Below the pieces are notes generated by a model. It was not told the origin of the DNA and ran no database searches. It worked only from the letters and a program-made list of their open reading frames with translations. A DNA stretch of 64,000 nucleotides from the sequence record NC_041994.1; one strand, 5' to 3'. This document shows positions 1-9,912 of the stretch, piece by piece. A program made the position numbers and the translations under genes. Position 1 is the first letter of the stretch; the number at the start of each line of letters is the position of its first letter.

Positions 1-576
1 CTGCCAGAGTTTCTCGATGCGTGGAAGGACTACGACATCGACCTCAACCGGATTATCCGCTGGGATATCAAAGAGGTGAAGGAAGACTTCCCTAAACCGG
101 AGGATATGGAAGAACGTGACTACGAACAATTCGGTCCATGGGGCACTCAATACGCTATGCTGCACTTCGTAGCGCCGCGTAAGGGCCACACGTTCACGAA
201 CCGTATCCTGAACCTGAAATCGGGTGATATCCCACGTTTGTTTACGCTGCTCAAGAAACATTGGGACCACACGCAGATGCTCTGGGACCCACTGCCCAAC
301 ATTGAGTACATCCCACCCTCTACGCCGCGTAGCCGTTTCGTGTCGAAGGTACGTGCCATTACTGACATGTACACCATCGTCCCGTCTGGTGATCCTGAAC
401 ACATCCGTAATAAAAGCAACGAGCGTGTGGTCGGTGCTGTGCGTGACGTGCTGGGGTTGATTGATGACAGCTATATACTGCTGGAACAACCAGAGCACGA
501 CGACGTACCACTGGACCCGGGCTTGAACATCGCGGGGGAATTAGCCAAGACTTACTTTGATGAGATCAACTCATGA
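1..576 (+). CDS. 5'-truncated protein carrying the shared C-terminal IN-x module (fusion member)
   Basis: Frame is open from base 1. C-terminus VVGAVRDVLGLIDDSYILL...[16 protein letters not shown] matches the 9.2-11 kb paralogues. Confidence 0.8.
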   Translation: MPEFLDAWKDYDIDLNRIIRWDIKEVKEDFPKPEDMEERDYEQFGPWGTQYAMLHFVAPRKGHTFTNRILNLKSGDIPRLFTLLKKHWDHTQMLWDPLPNIEYIPPSTPRSRFVSKVRAITDMYTIVPSGDPEHIRNKSNERVVGAVRDVLGLIDDSYILLEQPEHDDVPLDPGLNIAGELAKTYFDEINS

Positions 577-1490
577 AGGAGTTCGGACAGATAGATACGT
601 TGGCGCTGTATAAGCGCCTTCGCCACCGTGAACCTAAAAACTACCGACTGGATCGAATACTCATGTCAGGCATCAATGAATCGGATGATGTGAAGGAACC
701 CAAAGTAGAGGAGCTGGGTCAACGTGGCTTCGCTGCCCTGCGTCGCAACATCTTACCCGGCACCCGTGCATTGCTGCGTATCTCGGACAAACCGCTTGAC
801 CTCAGTAAACTCAATCCGAGCTATCTTGAACAACTCAAACCAGAGCCCGTTGTAAAACCGACGGCTTCTATGGTCATGCTGACAATCGAACTGTTGTCAC
901 GCTTGGCGACAGAGATGGGTGATGTCGCTCACTCTGAAGAAGGCTACACGGACTTCGATGGGTTTGCGTTTGCGGCTATCTACGTGGACCGTGTGATCAA
1001 GGAACAGTTCGCAGGTGAGCTACCGTCGCCGATGCACATGGAGCTGCTGAGCCGGATGCATCTGGACCCACTGCACAAAAACATGGCGGACCGCGATTAT
1101 CTAATCGAACCGGGTCGGTTGAATACCACTGACCGGGTGTTGGGTCTGGTGCGTGACTTCATTTCCTTTACCTTGGACCGCCACTGGCCAGACGAACATC
1201 TGGAGAAGCTGGCCAAGATGAAGGAAGTGGACAAGCAGCTCCACTACATCGTCGCTCCATGGCTGCGCCATCGCCGTAACACCGATCAACGCATCGTGCA
1301 TGTACCGAAACCACACGGTCTGTATCACGATGGTTGGTTGTATCAGAAATTGTTAGACGCCCAACAGCCCCAAGATCGGGACTTCTTCAACGTGTGGACA
1401 ACCGAAGACAGCAACCGACTTATTCCGCGTGACGTACTCGAACGCGCTGTCGACCCATCACTACCCCCTTTTAAGAAGGACGATGTATGA
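573..1490 (+). CDS. hypothetical protein (305 aa)
   Basis: ATGA overlaps with both neighbours. Internal [17 protein letters not shown] weakly resembles the upstream gene. Confidence 0.8.
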   Translation: MKEFGQIDTLALYKRLRHREPKNYRLDRILMSGINESDDVKEPKVEELGQRGFAALRRNILPGTRALLRISDKPLDLSKLNPSYLEQLKPEPVVKPTASMVMLTIELLSRLATEMGDVAHSEEGYTDFDGFAFAAIYVDRVIKEQFAGELPSPMHMELLSRMHLDPLHKNMADRDYLIEPGRLNTTDRVLGLVRDFISFTLDRHWPDEHLEKLAKMKEVDKQLHYIVAPWLRHRRNTDQRIVHVPKPHGLYHDGWLYQKLLDAQQPQDRDFFNVWTTEDSNRLIPRDVLERAVDPSLPPFKKDDV

Positions 1491-2230
1491 GCATCATGAA
1501 CGACCGCTGGATCATTACCCAGTGCGAACCACCCACCCACGTGGTGAACGTCCACACGCCCGGTCGTCCTGACGAACTCGCTTGGGCTGGACTGACTCAC
1601 GAACCAGAACATCTTGCTCGTCTCGTCAAGAACTTCCATGCGCATTTGGTGACAGACGAGATCCTCCAGCGGGATCTCGAATGGCGTCCGATGATCGAAC
1701 CTTTTGTGCGTGAATGCGTGCGTGAGGTTGAAGACTCCAAGGTCATCTCCTACGGTGTTTCCAGCTTCGGCTATGACGTGCGTCTGGCTGCGGAGTTCAA
1801 GATCTTCACTAACGCTAACGGTGGTGTGATCGATCCGAAGCGCTTGGACGAGTCGGCGGTGTTGATCGATGGGATCGTGCGCACTGACGAGTGGGGTGAC
1901 CGCTACGTCATGCTGCCACCGAACAGCTACTTACTCGGTCGCACCATGGAATACTTCATTATTCCACGGGACATCATGGTGGTCTGCCTCGGCAAGTCGA
2001 CCTACGCCCGCTCTGGCGCGATCGTCAACGTGACGCCTATCGAAGCTGAGTTCGAAGGCAACGTGGTGATTGAGATTTCCAACTCGACCACCCTACCGAT
2101 GAAGATCTACGTCGGTGAAGGTGTGTCGCAATTCTTGTTCCTCCAAGGTAACGAGCCATGTATGGTCTCCTATAAAGACCGTGGCGGGAAGTACCAAGGC
2201 CAAACAGGGATCACCCACGCAAAGGTGTGA
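1487..2230 (+). CDS. dcd: dCTP deaminase with N-terminal extension
   Basis: Motifs [39 protein letters not shown] and KYQGQTGIT. Confidence 0.95.
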   Translation: MSIMNDRWIITQCEPPTHVVNVHTPGRPDELAWAGLTHEPEHLARLVKNFHAHLVTDEILQRDLEWRPMIEPFVRECVREVEDSKVISYGVSSFGYDVRLAAEFKIFTNANGGVIDPKRLDESAVLIDGIVRTDEWGDRYVMLPPNSYLLGRTMEYFIIPRDIMVVCLGKSTYARSGAIVNVTPIEAEFEGNVVIEISNSTTLPMKIYVGEGVSQFLFLQGNEPCMVSYKDRGGKYQGQTGITHAKV

Positions 2231-2231
2231 C

Positions 2232-2582
2232 ATGTCAGAAGAAACCATCCGGCTGCAAAATCTTCGTGAAATCTGTCATTACGTCATTCTCCGTGACTTA
2301 AAGATGGGTGAAGATCTTCGCGATCGGGTGGTGGCGTTGAATGAGACTCTGAAGCGGACCTATCCAGTGGATACCCGCTTCGGTTTTATGTTGTCTAACG
2401 ACCACAGTCTGATCAACATCACCCCCGAACAGATTCGCCCGGCCAGCGAACAGATGTACTTCCACTGTTTCCGTATGGGCCCAGACAACATCATCACTGA
2501 AGAAGTGGTGGCGTTCTGGTTGGTCGACTTTAGACTGGGTGTCATCGATGACCAGTCAGCCAACATTTATACACTCCAGTAA
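2232..2582 (+). CDS. hypothetical protein
   Basis: ATG immediately after the dcd stop; the track start at 2115 overlaps dcd. Confidence 0.7.
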   Translation: MSEETIRLQNLREICHYVILRDLKMGEDLRDRVVALNETLKRTYPVDTRFGFMLSNDHSLINITPEQIRPASEQMYFHCFRMGPDNIITEEVVAFWLVDFRLGVIDDQSANIYTLQ

Positions 2583-2588
2583 GGGATT

Positions 2589-3602
2589 ATGATGCGGCAC
2601 GAATTTTCTGTGCTTTACCACCGTGGTTGTAATGACGGTATTGCTGCCGCGTGGGCAGCGCGTGAGCGTTTAGGCTCCGGTACAACTTACAGGCCGTATC
2701 AGTACGGTGATGCTGTTCCCGATGGCTTGGTCGGTAAGCATTTGATCCTTGTGGATCTGTCTATGCCGGCAGACCTGATCAAAGAACTCTTGCGCAGTGG
2801 CGTGTTGTCGGTGTTGGTGATCGACCATCATAAGACCGCCATCAAACACCTCGCCGCGGCTAAAGCCGTACCGTGCCACACCTTCGACCAGTACCTGGCA
2901 TTGTTGGATGCTGGGAACCTCGTCCACATCAAGGTGTTCAAGTCATTCAGCTTGAACCACTGTGGTGCGGTGTTGACGTGGGCATTCTTCAACAACCACG
3001 ACTGGCAACTCCCAGAAGAACTCTGGCGTCCACTGATGCCTAAGGTCCTCACCTACATGGAAGACTACGACCTGTGGAAGCGTAAGCTGCCATACGTCGA
3101 TGAAGTCAATGCCTGGCTGATCAACGGTAACCAAAAGATGGAAAACGTCGCCAAGATCATTCTACCCAATGGCGATATTCACCCTGAAGTACTGAATGTC
3201 GGTATCGCGCTAATCAACTACGATCGCAAGATTGCCAAGTCGGTAATCCGCGAGTACACCCGTGAAGTCATCCTCGACGATGGTAAGCGGATGGCTCTGA
3301 TCAACGCACCGCATCACCTGCGTAACATGATCGGTGACATGCTGGCTGAGCAGTACGACATGGTGGCCTGTTTCACCGTACGTCGTGAGAAGGTCATCTA
3401 CAGCCTGCGATCGGGTGGTCGTTATGACGCCACGGTATTCTCCGAGGCATATGGCGGTGGCGGACATGCCGACGCAGCTGCATTCACCACACTGACGATG
3501 GGTTTGCCTGCCATCGCTACCCAAATGCCTTTCCACAAACTGACGCTACGGCGTCGTCTGCGCAATGCGTGGACAGCCCTCACCGCACGGAGTTCATTGT
3601 AA
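2589..3602 (+). CDS. DHH/DHHA1 family phosphoesterase
   Basis: YHRGCNDG, IDHHKT, YSLRS and GGGHADAA motifs. Confidence 0.9.
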   Translation: MMRHEFSVLYHRGCNDGIAAAWAARERLGSGTTYRPYQYGDAVPDGLVGKHLILVDLSMPADLIKELLRSGVLSVLVIDHHKTAIKHLAAAKAVPCHTFDQYLALLDAGNLVHIKVFKSFSLNHCGAVLTWAFFNNHDWQLPEELWRPLMPKVLTYMEDYDLWKRKLPYVDEVNAWLINGNQKMENVAKIILPNGDIHPEVLNVGIALINYDRKIAKSVIREYTREVILDDGKRMALINAPHHLRNMIGDMLAEQYDMVACFTVRREKVIYSLRSGGRYDATVFSEAYGGGGHADAAAFTTLTMGLPAIATQMPFHKLTLRRRLRNAWTALTARSSL

Positions 3603-3994
3603 TGGCCGAACGTTTCGAAGGACACGGACATGAGCCTATCGCTCGATTGATCGCAGGCAATTTGTACACGACCAAAACCGAACCCCTGAAGTGGGCCGGT
3701 GAAAAGGGCGGTGGTATGTGGGTACCGATTCGTGAGGCGATCTTCCATCCGTTTCAGTGGGCGGGATGGTTGGTGTATCGCATCACGTATTACCAGCGCT
3801 TTCCAGCTGTGATCGAGGAGCGTTGGCTTCGTCTTGGTTGGAACGAAGTTATGCGTATCCCACGTACCGATGGCGATGGTTACCATCTAGTACCTCGTCG
3901 CCCTGAAGGTGAGAAGAGCTACTGGGGCCGCTTCAAGCACGCCTGGGCCGTGTTTCGTGGCAAAGCTGACGTTGTGTACTGGATGGGCCAGTAA
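3602..3994 (+). CDS. hypothetical Trp-rich protein
   Basis: TAATG coupling to the DHH gene; followed by a terminator. Confidence 0.7.
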   Translation: MAERFEGHGHEPIARLIAGNLYTTKTEPLKWAGEKGGGMWVPIREAIFHPFQWAGWLVYRITYYQRFPAVIEERWLRLGWNEVMRIPRTDGDGYHLVPRRPEGEKSYWGRFKHAWAVFRGKADVVYWMGQ

Positions 3995-4001
3995 CGGCAT
4001 A

Positions 4002-4030
4002 GGGAGCCCCGTAGGGCTCCCGTGTTTATT
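4002..4030 (+). terminator. stem-loop terminator
   Basis: GGGAGCCC-cgta-GGGCTCCC followed by gtgtttatt. Confidence 0.7.
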
Positions 4031-4049
4031 CCCTAAAGAAACTGAGGCC

Positions 4050-4057
4050 TATATCAC
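4050..4057 (+). promoter_or_regulatory. putative phage early promoter TATATCAC
   Basis: Recurs at 27488, 39600, 47398 and 51266, with variants at 11038 and 15128. Resembles the phiKZ early motif TATATTAC. Confidence 0.7.
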
Positions 4058-4134
4058 CAGAGTGCATTAATAGAAACACCTATGCCGTACGTGACGTAGT
4101 CACAAACTCCATCTACTATCAAAAGGATACACCC

Positions 4135-4536
4135 ATGCCACAAATCAAAGGCGATTCCATCTACCTCGACATCGACGGTGAAGCCAACGTACGTCTGGAC
4201 CTGTTCCCTCGTGACCAACCCCTGGACATCGATCTGATCATCACCGGTACTCAGATCACCGACAACGAAGACGACAGCACCGACATGGTGAATGCGTACT
4301 TCCGTGCCAGCAAACAACAACCCGACGGCTCGTGGAAGGAAATGCGCGGTAACGATTTCTCCTACGCCTTCCAGCGTCAGGCCCAACCACAACTCGACGC
4401 CCTTGGCCAGGAACACTCCGGTCCGTGGCTGTGCAATCAACACCACGATTACAAGTACACCCACATCCCGCTGCATCTGCCGCGTGAACTGAACAAAGAC
4501 ATCTTCAAGAACCCACTGGGTAAGAAAGACGTCTAA
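4135..4536 (+). CDS. hypothetical protein (first gene after putative early promoter)
   Basis: SD aagga, strongly biased codons, own terminator at about 4550-4570. Confidence 0.8.
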   Translation: MPQIKGDSIYLDIDGEANVRLDLFPRDQPLDIDLIITGTQITDNEDDSTDMVNAYFRASKQQPDGSWKEMRGNDFSYAFQRQAQPQLDALGQEHSGPWLCNQHHDYKYTHIPLHLPRELNKDIFKNPLGKKDV

Positions 4537-4582
4537 CGCAAAAGGGTGAGGGGTACGCCCCTCACCTACCTAAGGAGTTGGT

Positions 4583-5359
4583 ATGTCTTGGCTTAACTGG
4601 TTGGGTCGCAGTGGTTTGCCTGTCGTTTCTTTTCAGGATCAATGTCGAACCATCCTGAAGAAGGGTGGGTTGCCTTGTTTTTCTGTTCGTTGGACTAAGA
4701 ACCAGCTGGATGATTATTTCGTTGTTCAGTTTGTTAATGACGATGGGTCCTACAACGGGGCTACCCTAAGCGACCTTCGCTCACCGGGTGTAGGCCAATG
4801 CGTCCTTCGTGAAGAATACGTGGATCGCATGGGGCTTGTGGATATCGATTCTGTCCTAACGAAAAACGGGTCAGACTCGCAGCTTTTGTGGGCCAACATC
4901 CACACGCTCGCCCAGAAGTTACCCTACGACGTGAAGGTGTGCGTACTCACCTTGGCTGACGGTCAACCGGTTTGGGTTAAGGGTGCGTTCAATATCAATG
5001 ACGCTGGGTTTAGCGCTGAGTGTGTCTACGATCACCCGAACAGCACCAGTGGTGTAAAAGCTGTTTTCATCAGCTGGGAACTCATCCCTTATTACGTCGG
5101 GACGTTCCACTACCAATACACCGAGGAGCGCATTGAGGACTTCACGTACCACGGTTGGATGGGTAATCGTGTTACCGAAGAAGCCAAAGACAAGCACACC
5201 CAAGGCATCCTCGATACGATCCGCCACAACCTGGATTTGGAACTTACCAAACCCACCTTGCTACAACGGCTAGAAAAGAATCTTGAAAACCGCAAGCTGC
5301 TGGATAAAGAGCTTGCTGAACTTATCCAACTGATGAAGAAACCAAATGTACACGAGTAA
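4583..5359 (+). CDS. hypothetical protein
   Basis: SD taaggag; 258 aa ORF. Confidence 0.8.
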   Translation: MSWLNWLGRSGLPVVSFQDQCRTILKKGGLPCFSVRWTKNQLDDYFVVQFVNDDGSYNGATLSDLRSPGVGQCVLREEYVDRMGLVDIDSVLTKNGSDSQLLWANIHTLAQKLPYDVKVCVLTLADGQPVWVKGAFNINDAGFSAECVYDHPNSTSGVKAVFISWELIPYYVGTFHYQYTEERIEDFTYHGWMGNRVTEEAKDKHTQGILDTIRHNLDLELTKPTLLQRLEKNLENRKLLDKELAELIQLMKKPNVHE

Positions 5360-5843
5360 CGTCGACATCTGGATTGGTTTGCTGTTAGTTGCTAACAGTC
5401 CAAACCGGGTTGTGAAGAAAACCGTACTGGCGTTGATGACGAACGCGCACCCCTACACCAAACGTGGCATCCTCACACGAATCCTTAATGCCCGTATGAT
5501 GGGCAAGGAGATCGTCAACGCAGCTAACGGACTGGATGACGCCGATGAAGAGATCCGCAGCTTTGTCCATGACGGTTACGATGGCTTTGCTCAGATCGTC
5601 TACGGCGGTAAGCCTGAGTTCTTTCCCTTCCGTGTGAGCGTTAGCAGCATTGAAGACGAGACCTGGGCTTACGCCAACGAGAACATCATCCGTCTGACCA
5701 TCGCTGACATCGTCATGCGTAAACTGGAAGTCCCTAAGCTGACGGCGCGGGTGTTCTTGTTCAGTGAAGGCGGTTGGTCTGGTAAGCACGAGGACGTCAC
5801 CGTGATCGATGAACAGTTCGGGAAGAAGCCCAAGATAGACTAA
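5346..5843 (+). CDS. hypothetical protein
   Basis: Overlaps the upstream gene; 165 aa. Confidence 0.75.
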   Translation: MYTSNVDIWIGLLLVANSPNRVVKKTVLALMTNAHPYTKRGILTRILNARMMGKEIVNAANGLDDADEEIRSFVHDGYDGFAQIVYGGKPEFFPFRVSVSSIEDETWAYANENIIRLTIADIVMRKLEVPKLTARVFLFSEGGWSGKHEDVTVIDEQFGKKPKID

Positions 5844-5897
5844 GATTTTTACTGTATTGGAGTATTGTTTGTTATCCCTCCAATAAGGTAAGTCCTG

Positions 5898-6641
5898 ATG
5901 TCGCACCGTGAGCATATCCTGGCTATCAAAGCCCAACCACTGGCCGCACTGGCTGTCTTCAACAACGCTGGCTTTACCCCAGCCACTGACGCGATCAGCA
6001 ATGTGCTGTTCACTCAGTTCCACGAACACACCGAAACCATCTGGCGTGACACCGCGGAATTCTGGCCTGAGCAAAACGGTAAGCCGGTTGATCCGTTGAG
6101 CCACCAGCCAAGTCACCGTCAGGTCCTGCCATATGCACTGCTTACCCGTCGTGTTGATGGCGTGAAACAGACCAGCGTTTACCAGCGCGTCAAGGGTATC
6201 GGCGAAGAGCGTCTGCTCAAAGGTCACTCGATCGGTTGGGGTGGTCACCTCGCTGGTAAGGGCATTCAGTACGACGAGCACGAGGGCATCGACACGTGGC
6301 CTTCGATCCTGGCTGGCCTGAAAGCTGAGATGGCTCAGGAATGCGGCGTGAACACTGATGACGCTGGCGTGACCGTGAAACTGCTGGGTTACATCCACAG
6401 CTACGCTTCGCCGGTTGATGCGCTGCACCTGTCAGTGGTGCTGGAAGTGGAAGTGCCGGCCGACTACCCGGTATCGGTTACCGAGAAAGGCCTGAACTTC
6501 AAAGGCTGGTACACCGAAGAGCAGTTGTTCGCACTGTGGCAAGAACTGAAGTCGACTGACGTCAAGTTCGAAAGCTGGTCGAACTTCATCTTCGAAGCTT
6601 CGCTCAAAGGTCACCAAGGCGATGTAGGCACCCAGGCTTAA
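5898..6641 (+). CDS. Nudix-fold protein (COG4112-like), degenerate Nudix box
   Basis: RQVLPY...YQR...EERL...SIGWGGH pattern. Box reads AEMAQECGV rather than RExxEExG. Confidence 0.75.
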   Translation: MSHREHILAIKAQPLAALAVFNNAGFTPATDAISNVLFTQFHEHTETIWRDTAEFWPEQNGKPVDPLSHQPSHRQVLPYALLTRRVDGVKQTSVYQRVKGIGEERLLKGHSIGWGGHLAGKGIQYDEHEGIDTWPSILAGLKAEMAQECGVNTDDAGVTVKLLGYIHSYASPVDALHLSVVLEVEVPADYPVSVTEKGLNFKGWYTEEQLFALWQELKSTDVKFESWSNFIFEASLKGHQGDVGTQA

Positions 6642-6716
6642 TCGTTTTATGGAACGGGGGCAACCCCGTTCTATTCCGTATCTACAGAAAACTCAAACGT
6701 AAGGAATCCTCGCACC

Positions 6717-7148
6717 ATGGATCATAAAGCGTACAACCGTAAGCTGGTCGAGCATTTGTTCAACCTGCTCGAAACAGCACAGGGAGATCGCTGGTACATT
6801 CACTACGACCTGAACTTCATGGAAGAGAAGCAAGGGTTGGAACGCTACATGCAGCCCGATGGTGCGTTGGTTCTTAACTTCCATCCGGTGGCTTGCCGTA
6901 ACTTCCACATCGGCGATGAGTTCACCACCTGCAACATGTCGCTGGATGGTTCCAAGCAACACCTGATCCTGCCACACAACTGCATCCGCGGTATCGTGTT
7001 GGAACTGGAGGAAGGTACTGTGCTGGTACCCGCCACACCGATCATGGCAGTAATGATGACCCCACCTGCACCACCGGCGGATCTGATCGACGAGCCGGCT
7101 GTCCCCGAAACCCCGGACAACGTAGTTTCGTTGTTCCCTAAACACTAA
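6717..7148 (+). CDS. sspB: SspB-like ClpXP adaptor homologue
   Basis: DGALVLNFHPVACRNFHIGDEFTTCNMSLDGSKQHLILPHNCIRGI aligns with the SspB core. Pro/acidic linker and NVVSLFPKH tail. Confidence 0.7.
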   Translation: MDHKAYNRKLVEHLFNLLETAQGDRWYIHYDLNFMEEKQGLERYMQPDGALVLNFHPVACRNFHIGDEFTTCNMSLDGSKQHLILPHNCIRGIVLELEEGTVLVPATPIMAVMMTPPAPPADLIDEPAVPETPDNVVSLFPKH

Positions 7149-7165
7149 CCAACAGAGAGTAAAGC

Positions 7166-8734
7166 ATGCGTCAGTATCTTGACTTCCTCCGCTACATCCT
7201 CGAAACCGGTGAAGAAAAGGATGACCGTACCGGCGTGGGTACGATCTCCAAGTTCGGCTATCAAATGCGTTTCGACGTATCGGGCTTCAAGGCGCCGTGG
7301 GTAACCACCAAGTTCTCCCACCCGAAGAGCATCGTCAGTGAATTGCTGGACCTGCTGATTGCAGGCACCGACGAGATCGACGGTATGGCCGCCGAGAACG
7401 TGACCATCTGGGACGAGTGGGTTAAAGACAAGACTCGCGTCTACGTCGACCTGAACGTGGCTGAGCGTATGGGTCGCGTCAAGAAAGCTGCGACCCAGGC
7501 GGCGTTCGATGCATTCCGTGACACTCTGTATTCGGCGGAAGAAGTAGAAGGCTGGGAATACATGCCTGCCTCCAACCGCTGGCGTGCCCCGAACGTCGAC
7601 GCAACCCTGCATGCGTGGATTGACGAACATACCAAGGTTCCTCGCCGTAAGCTGGTCAAGGGTAGCCTGGGTCCTGTGTACGGCGTACAGTGGCGTCAAT
7701 GGCCTGTGCTGCGTGAGACCCGTGCGTTGTCCCATCGTTCGGCTGCGCGCTTCGTAGAAGCTGTGGGCAAGCTCGACGAGCTGCGTGCACGCTTCGAAAA
7801 CGAGTTCATGCTGGACGAGTGGCTGATGAAGGCCAAAGCATCCGTATTGCTCGACACCGAAGTACCGGCTGATGCCGTGGTGGCACAGTGGCTGAACGAA
7901 CACGGCTACGTATTGACCGAACAGGTTACTGTGAAGTCGATCGACCAGCTCGCTCGTGCGGTAGAGAAACTGAAGAACGATCCGAACAGCCGCAGCATTA
8001 TGGTGTCGGCGTGGAACCCGGCGGATCTGGCAGACATGGCGTTGGAGCCATGCCACAGCTTCTTCCAGCTGTACAGCAACAACCTCAACAAGCAACAACT
8101 GGTCGGCGTGATCCTGCGCAGCCCATTGCTGCGTGTGGCCAAGCAAGTCCTGCCGCTGGAGTACAACCCAGAAGAAACGTTCGTGCGTTACACCGAGAAC
8201 GTCATGGCACGCAACGAAGACGGTACGCTGCAAACTATTCGCGACAGCAAGTTCGGTCCGCTGCGTGTAGTGGTTGAGCATCAGATCGGCGACGTGGTCA
8301 TGGATCACGAAGGCAAGGCGATGGTCGTCGATACTGACGAAGAAGCTTTGATGCGTCTGGACGTAGCAGAACTGCGTGAATTCGCCGAGAAGTACGAACT
8401 GCCAACCCGTGGTCTGAGCCTGCAAATGTATCAGCGTTCGGCTGACGCATTCCTGGGTGTGCCGTTCAACATCTCCAGCTATTCGTTGCTGACCAAGCTG
8501 CTGGCACAGGTCGTGAACTTCGAACCACTGGAGTTCATCTGGACTGGCGGTGATTGCCACATCTACAAGAACCACATCGAACAAGTCCGTGAGCAGTTGA
8601 CCCGTAAGCCGAAACCTGGCCCGGCGGTGTTCATCAGCAACGACGTGACCGACATCGATCAGTTCAAAGCCAGTGACATCACGCTGGTGGATTACGAGTA
8701 CCACCCGCACATCGCGGGTAAAGTAGCCGTTTGA
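7166..8734 (+). CDS. thyA: thymidylate synthase with three large insertions
   Basis: DRTGVGT, IWDEW, LGPVYG, SAWNP, PCH catalytic Cys, YQRSAD, PFNISSY, GDCHIY. Confidence 0.97.
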   Translation: MRQYLDFLRYILETGEEKDDRTGVGTISKFGYQMRFDVSGFKAPWVTTKFSHPKSIVSELLDLLIAGTDEIDGMAAENVTIWDEWVKDKTRVYVDLNVAERMGRVKKAATQAAFDAFRDTLYSAEEVEGWEYMPASNRWRAPNVDATLHAWIDEHTKVPRRKLVKGSLGPVYGVQWRQWPVLRETRALSHRSAARFVEAVGKLDELRARFENEFMLDEWLMKAKASVLLDTEVPADAVVAQWLNEHGYVLTEQVTVKSIDQLARAVEKLKNDPNSRSIMVSAWNPADLADMALEPCHSFFQLYSNNLNKQQLVGVILRSPLLRVAKQVLPLEYNPEETFVRYTENVMARNEDGTLQTIRDSKFGPLRVVVEHQIGDVVMDHEGKAMVVDTDEEALMRLDVAELREFAEKYELPTRGLSLQMYQRSADAFLGVPFNISSYSLLTKLLAQVVNFEPLEFIWTGGDCHIYKNHIEQVREQLTRKPKPGPAVFISNDVTDIDQFKASDITLVDYEYHPHIAGKVAV

Positions 8735-8739
8735 CGGTA

Positions 8740-8774
8740 AGACGCTAGGGGGTGTCCCCTAGCGTCTATTTTTA
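8740..8774 (+). terminator. rho-independent terminator
   Basis: 12-bp stem AGACGCTAGGGG/CCCCTAGCGTCT followed by attttt. Confidence 0.85.
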
Positions 8775-8789
8775 TTTCGTGGGGTCTTT

Positions 8790-9248
8790 ATGCGCAGTGT
8801 TACCTTTCTTGCTCAGATCGACGCTACGGCGCTCACAACACCCCACTACGTTATCAGCATCAGCGATAAAGAAGACGTTCGGTTTAGTTGTGAACATTTC
8901 GATGTAATGCGCTTGAAGTTTGAGGACATCGAACAGCACTGCGCTGGGCAAGAACTGTTCTCGGTACAGCATGCCCGTGCTGTGTTGAAGTGGGCTAAGC
9001 GAGTGCCCGATGGAGCAGCCGTGGTGGTGCATTGTCAGGCTGGGGTTTCTCGGTCTGCGGCTATTGCAAAGTTCATGAACGACCATCTTGGGTATCTGCT
9101 GTTATTGGACAAACCCTGTTACGGCAAGCTGGACAAATACAACGGGCATGTTTATGGCCTGTTGCGTTTGCTTGACTCTGACCGTAGTGCCTTGGCGATG
9201 ATGCTTGAAGAAGAGCAAGATCGCCAGTCTGTCTTAGTTAAATGGTGA
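8790..9248 (+). CDS. protein tyrosine/dual-specificity phosphatase-fold protein
   Basis: VHCQAGVSRSAA (HCx5R) P-loop. Confidence 0.88.
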   Translation: MRSVTFLAQIDATALTTPHYVISISDKEDVRFSCEHFDVMRLKFEDIEQHCAGQELFSVQHARAVLKWAKRVPDGAAVVVHCQAGVSRSAAIAKFMNDHLGYLLLLDKPCYGKLDKYNGHVYGLLRLLDSDRSALAMMLEEEQDRQSVLVKW

Positions 9249-9252
9249 CGAC

Positions 9253-9573
9253 ATGAATCTTTCTATTCAGTTACCCGACCCTCTGCGTATTGCCAAAGAA
9301 GGTCTGTTAGAAGAAGTCATGGCATCAGCGACCTACAACGCTGACTGGGCCATGGAAAAGATGGAGCTCAGCAATGAGACCCGGGAGCTGGTGCACTATG
9401 CTGCACGCCATGTGGCGGCGGGTGTGCTGGACATCATCGACGGGGGTACTGACCAAGGTCGTTACCTACTGCTACCTATGTCGGTGGTCACGAACCTGAC
9501 TGAGCATACGCCGAATCTGGCGGGTGAGTTGTCAGAAGCACTTCAAGACCTTTATGAGGGGATCAACAATTGA
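9253..9573 (+). CDS. IN-x paralogue family, tandem copy 1
   Basis: LPDP...GVLDIIDG...YLLLP...NLAGEL...YEGINN. Confidence 0.85.
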   Translation: MNLSIQLPDPLRIAKEGLLEEVMASATYNADWAMEKMELSNETRELVHYAARHVAAGVLDIIDGGTDQGRYLLLPMSVVTNLTEHTPNLAGELSEALQDLYEGINN

Positions 9574-9905
9574 ACGCTTTTCGACTGAACATTCCTGATC
9601 CATTGGCCGATGAGCGCCGTGTGTTGGGTAATGCGTTTTCTGACGTTTACAAGTCTGTCATGTACGACATGAACGAACGTTATCCCGGTGAGGACTACGT
9701 CGATGTGGTGCGTGACTGTGTAGAAACCGCCATGACCGAAACACTGCGAGTCTTCGACGGACGTGCCGGGTTCGGTGAAGGTAACAGTACGTACCTGGTC
9801 CTGCCGATGGACATGGTCGAACCACTGCGTGACGATGACGTCCCGACTTTGGCTGGTTCGTTAGCCAGCACACTGCTTCGTGATTTCAGTCGCATCAACA
9901 GCTGA
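9570..9905 (+). CDS. IN-x paralogue family, tandem copy 2
   Basis: TTG start with SD gagggg. IPDP...LRVFDG...YLVLP...TLAGSL...FSRINS. Confidence 0.85.
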   Translation: MNAFRLNIPDPLADERRVLGNAFSDVYKSVMYDMNERYPGEDYVDVVRDCVETAMTETLRVFDGRAGFGEGNSTYLVLPMDMVEPLRDDDVPTLAGSLASTLLRDFSRINS

Positions 9906-9912
9906 GGTGGAT

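Noticed and set aside
5385-6428. 347 aa - strand ORF
   Set aside because: Antisense to two well-supported + strand genes.
7145-8710. 521 aa - strand ORF
   Set aside because: Antisense shadow of thyA caused by codon bias; no motifs or SD.
7166-8734. dCMP hydroxymethylase or hypermodification enzyme
   Set aside because: PFNISSY retains the Asn that specifies dUMP; all other motifs are ThyA-like.
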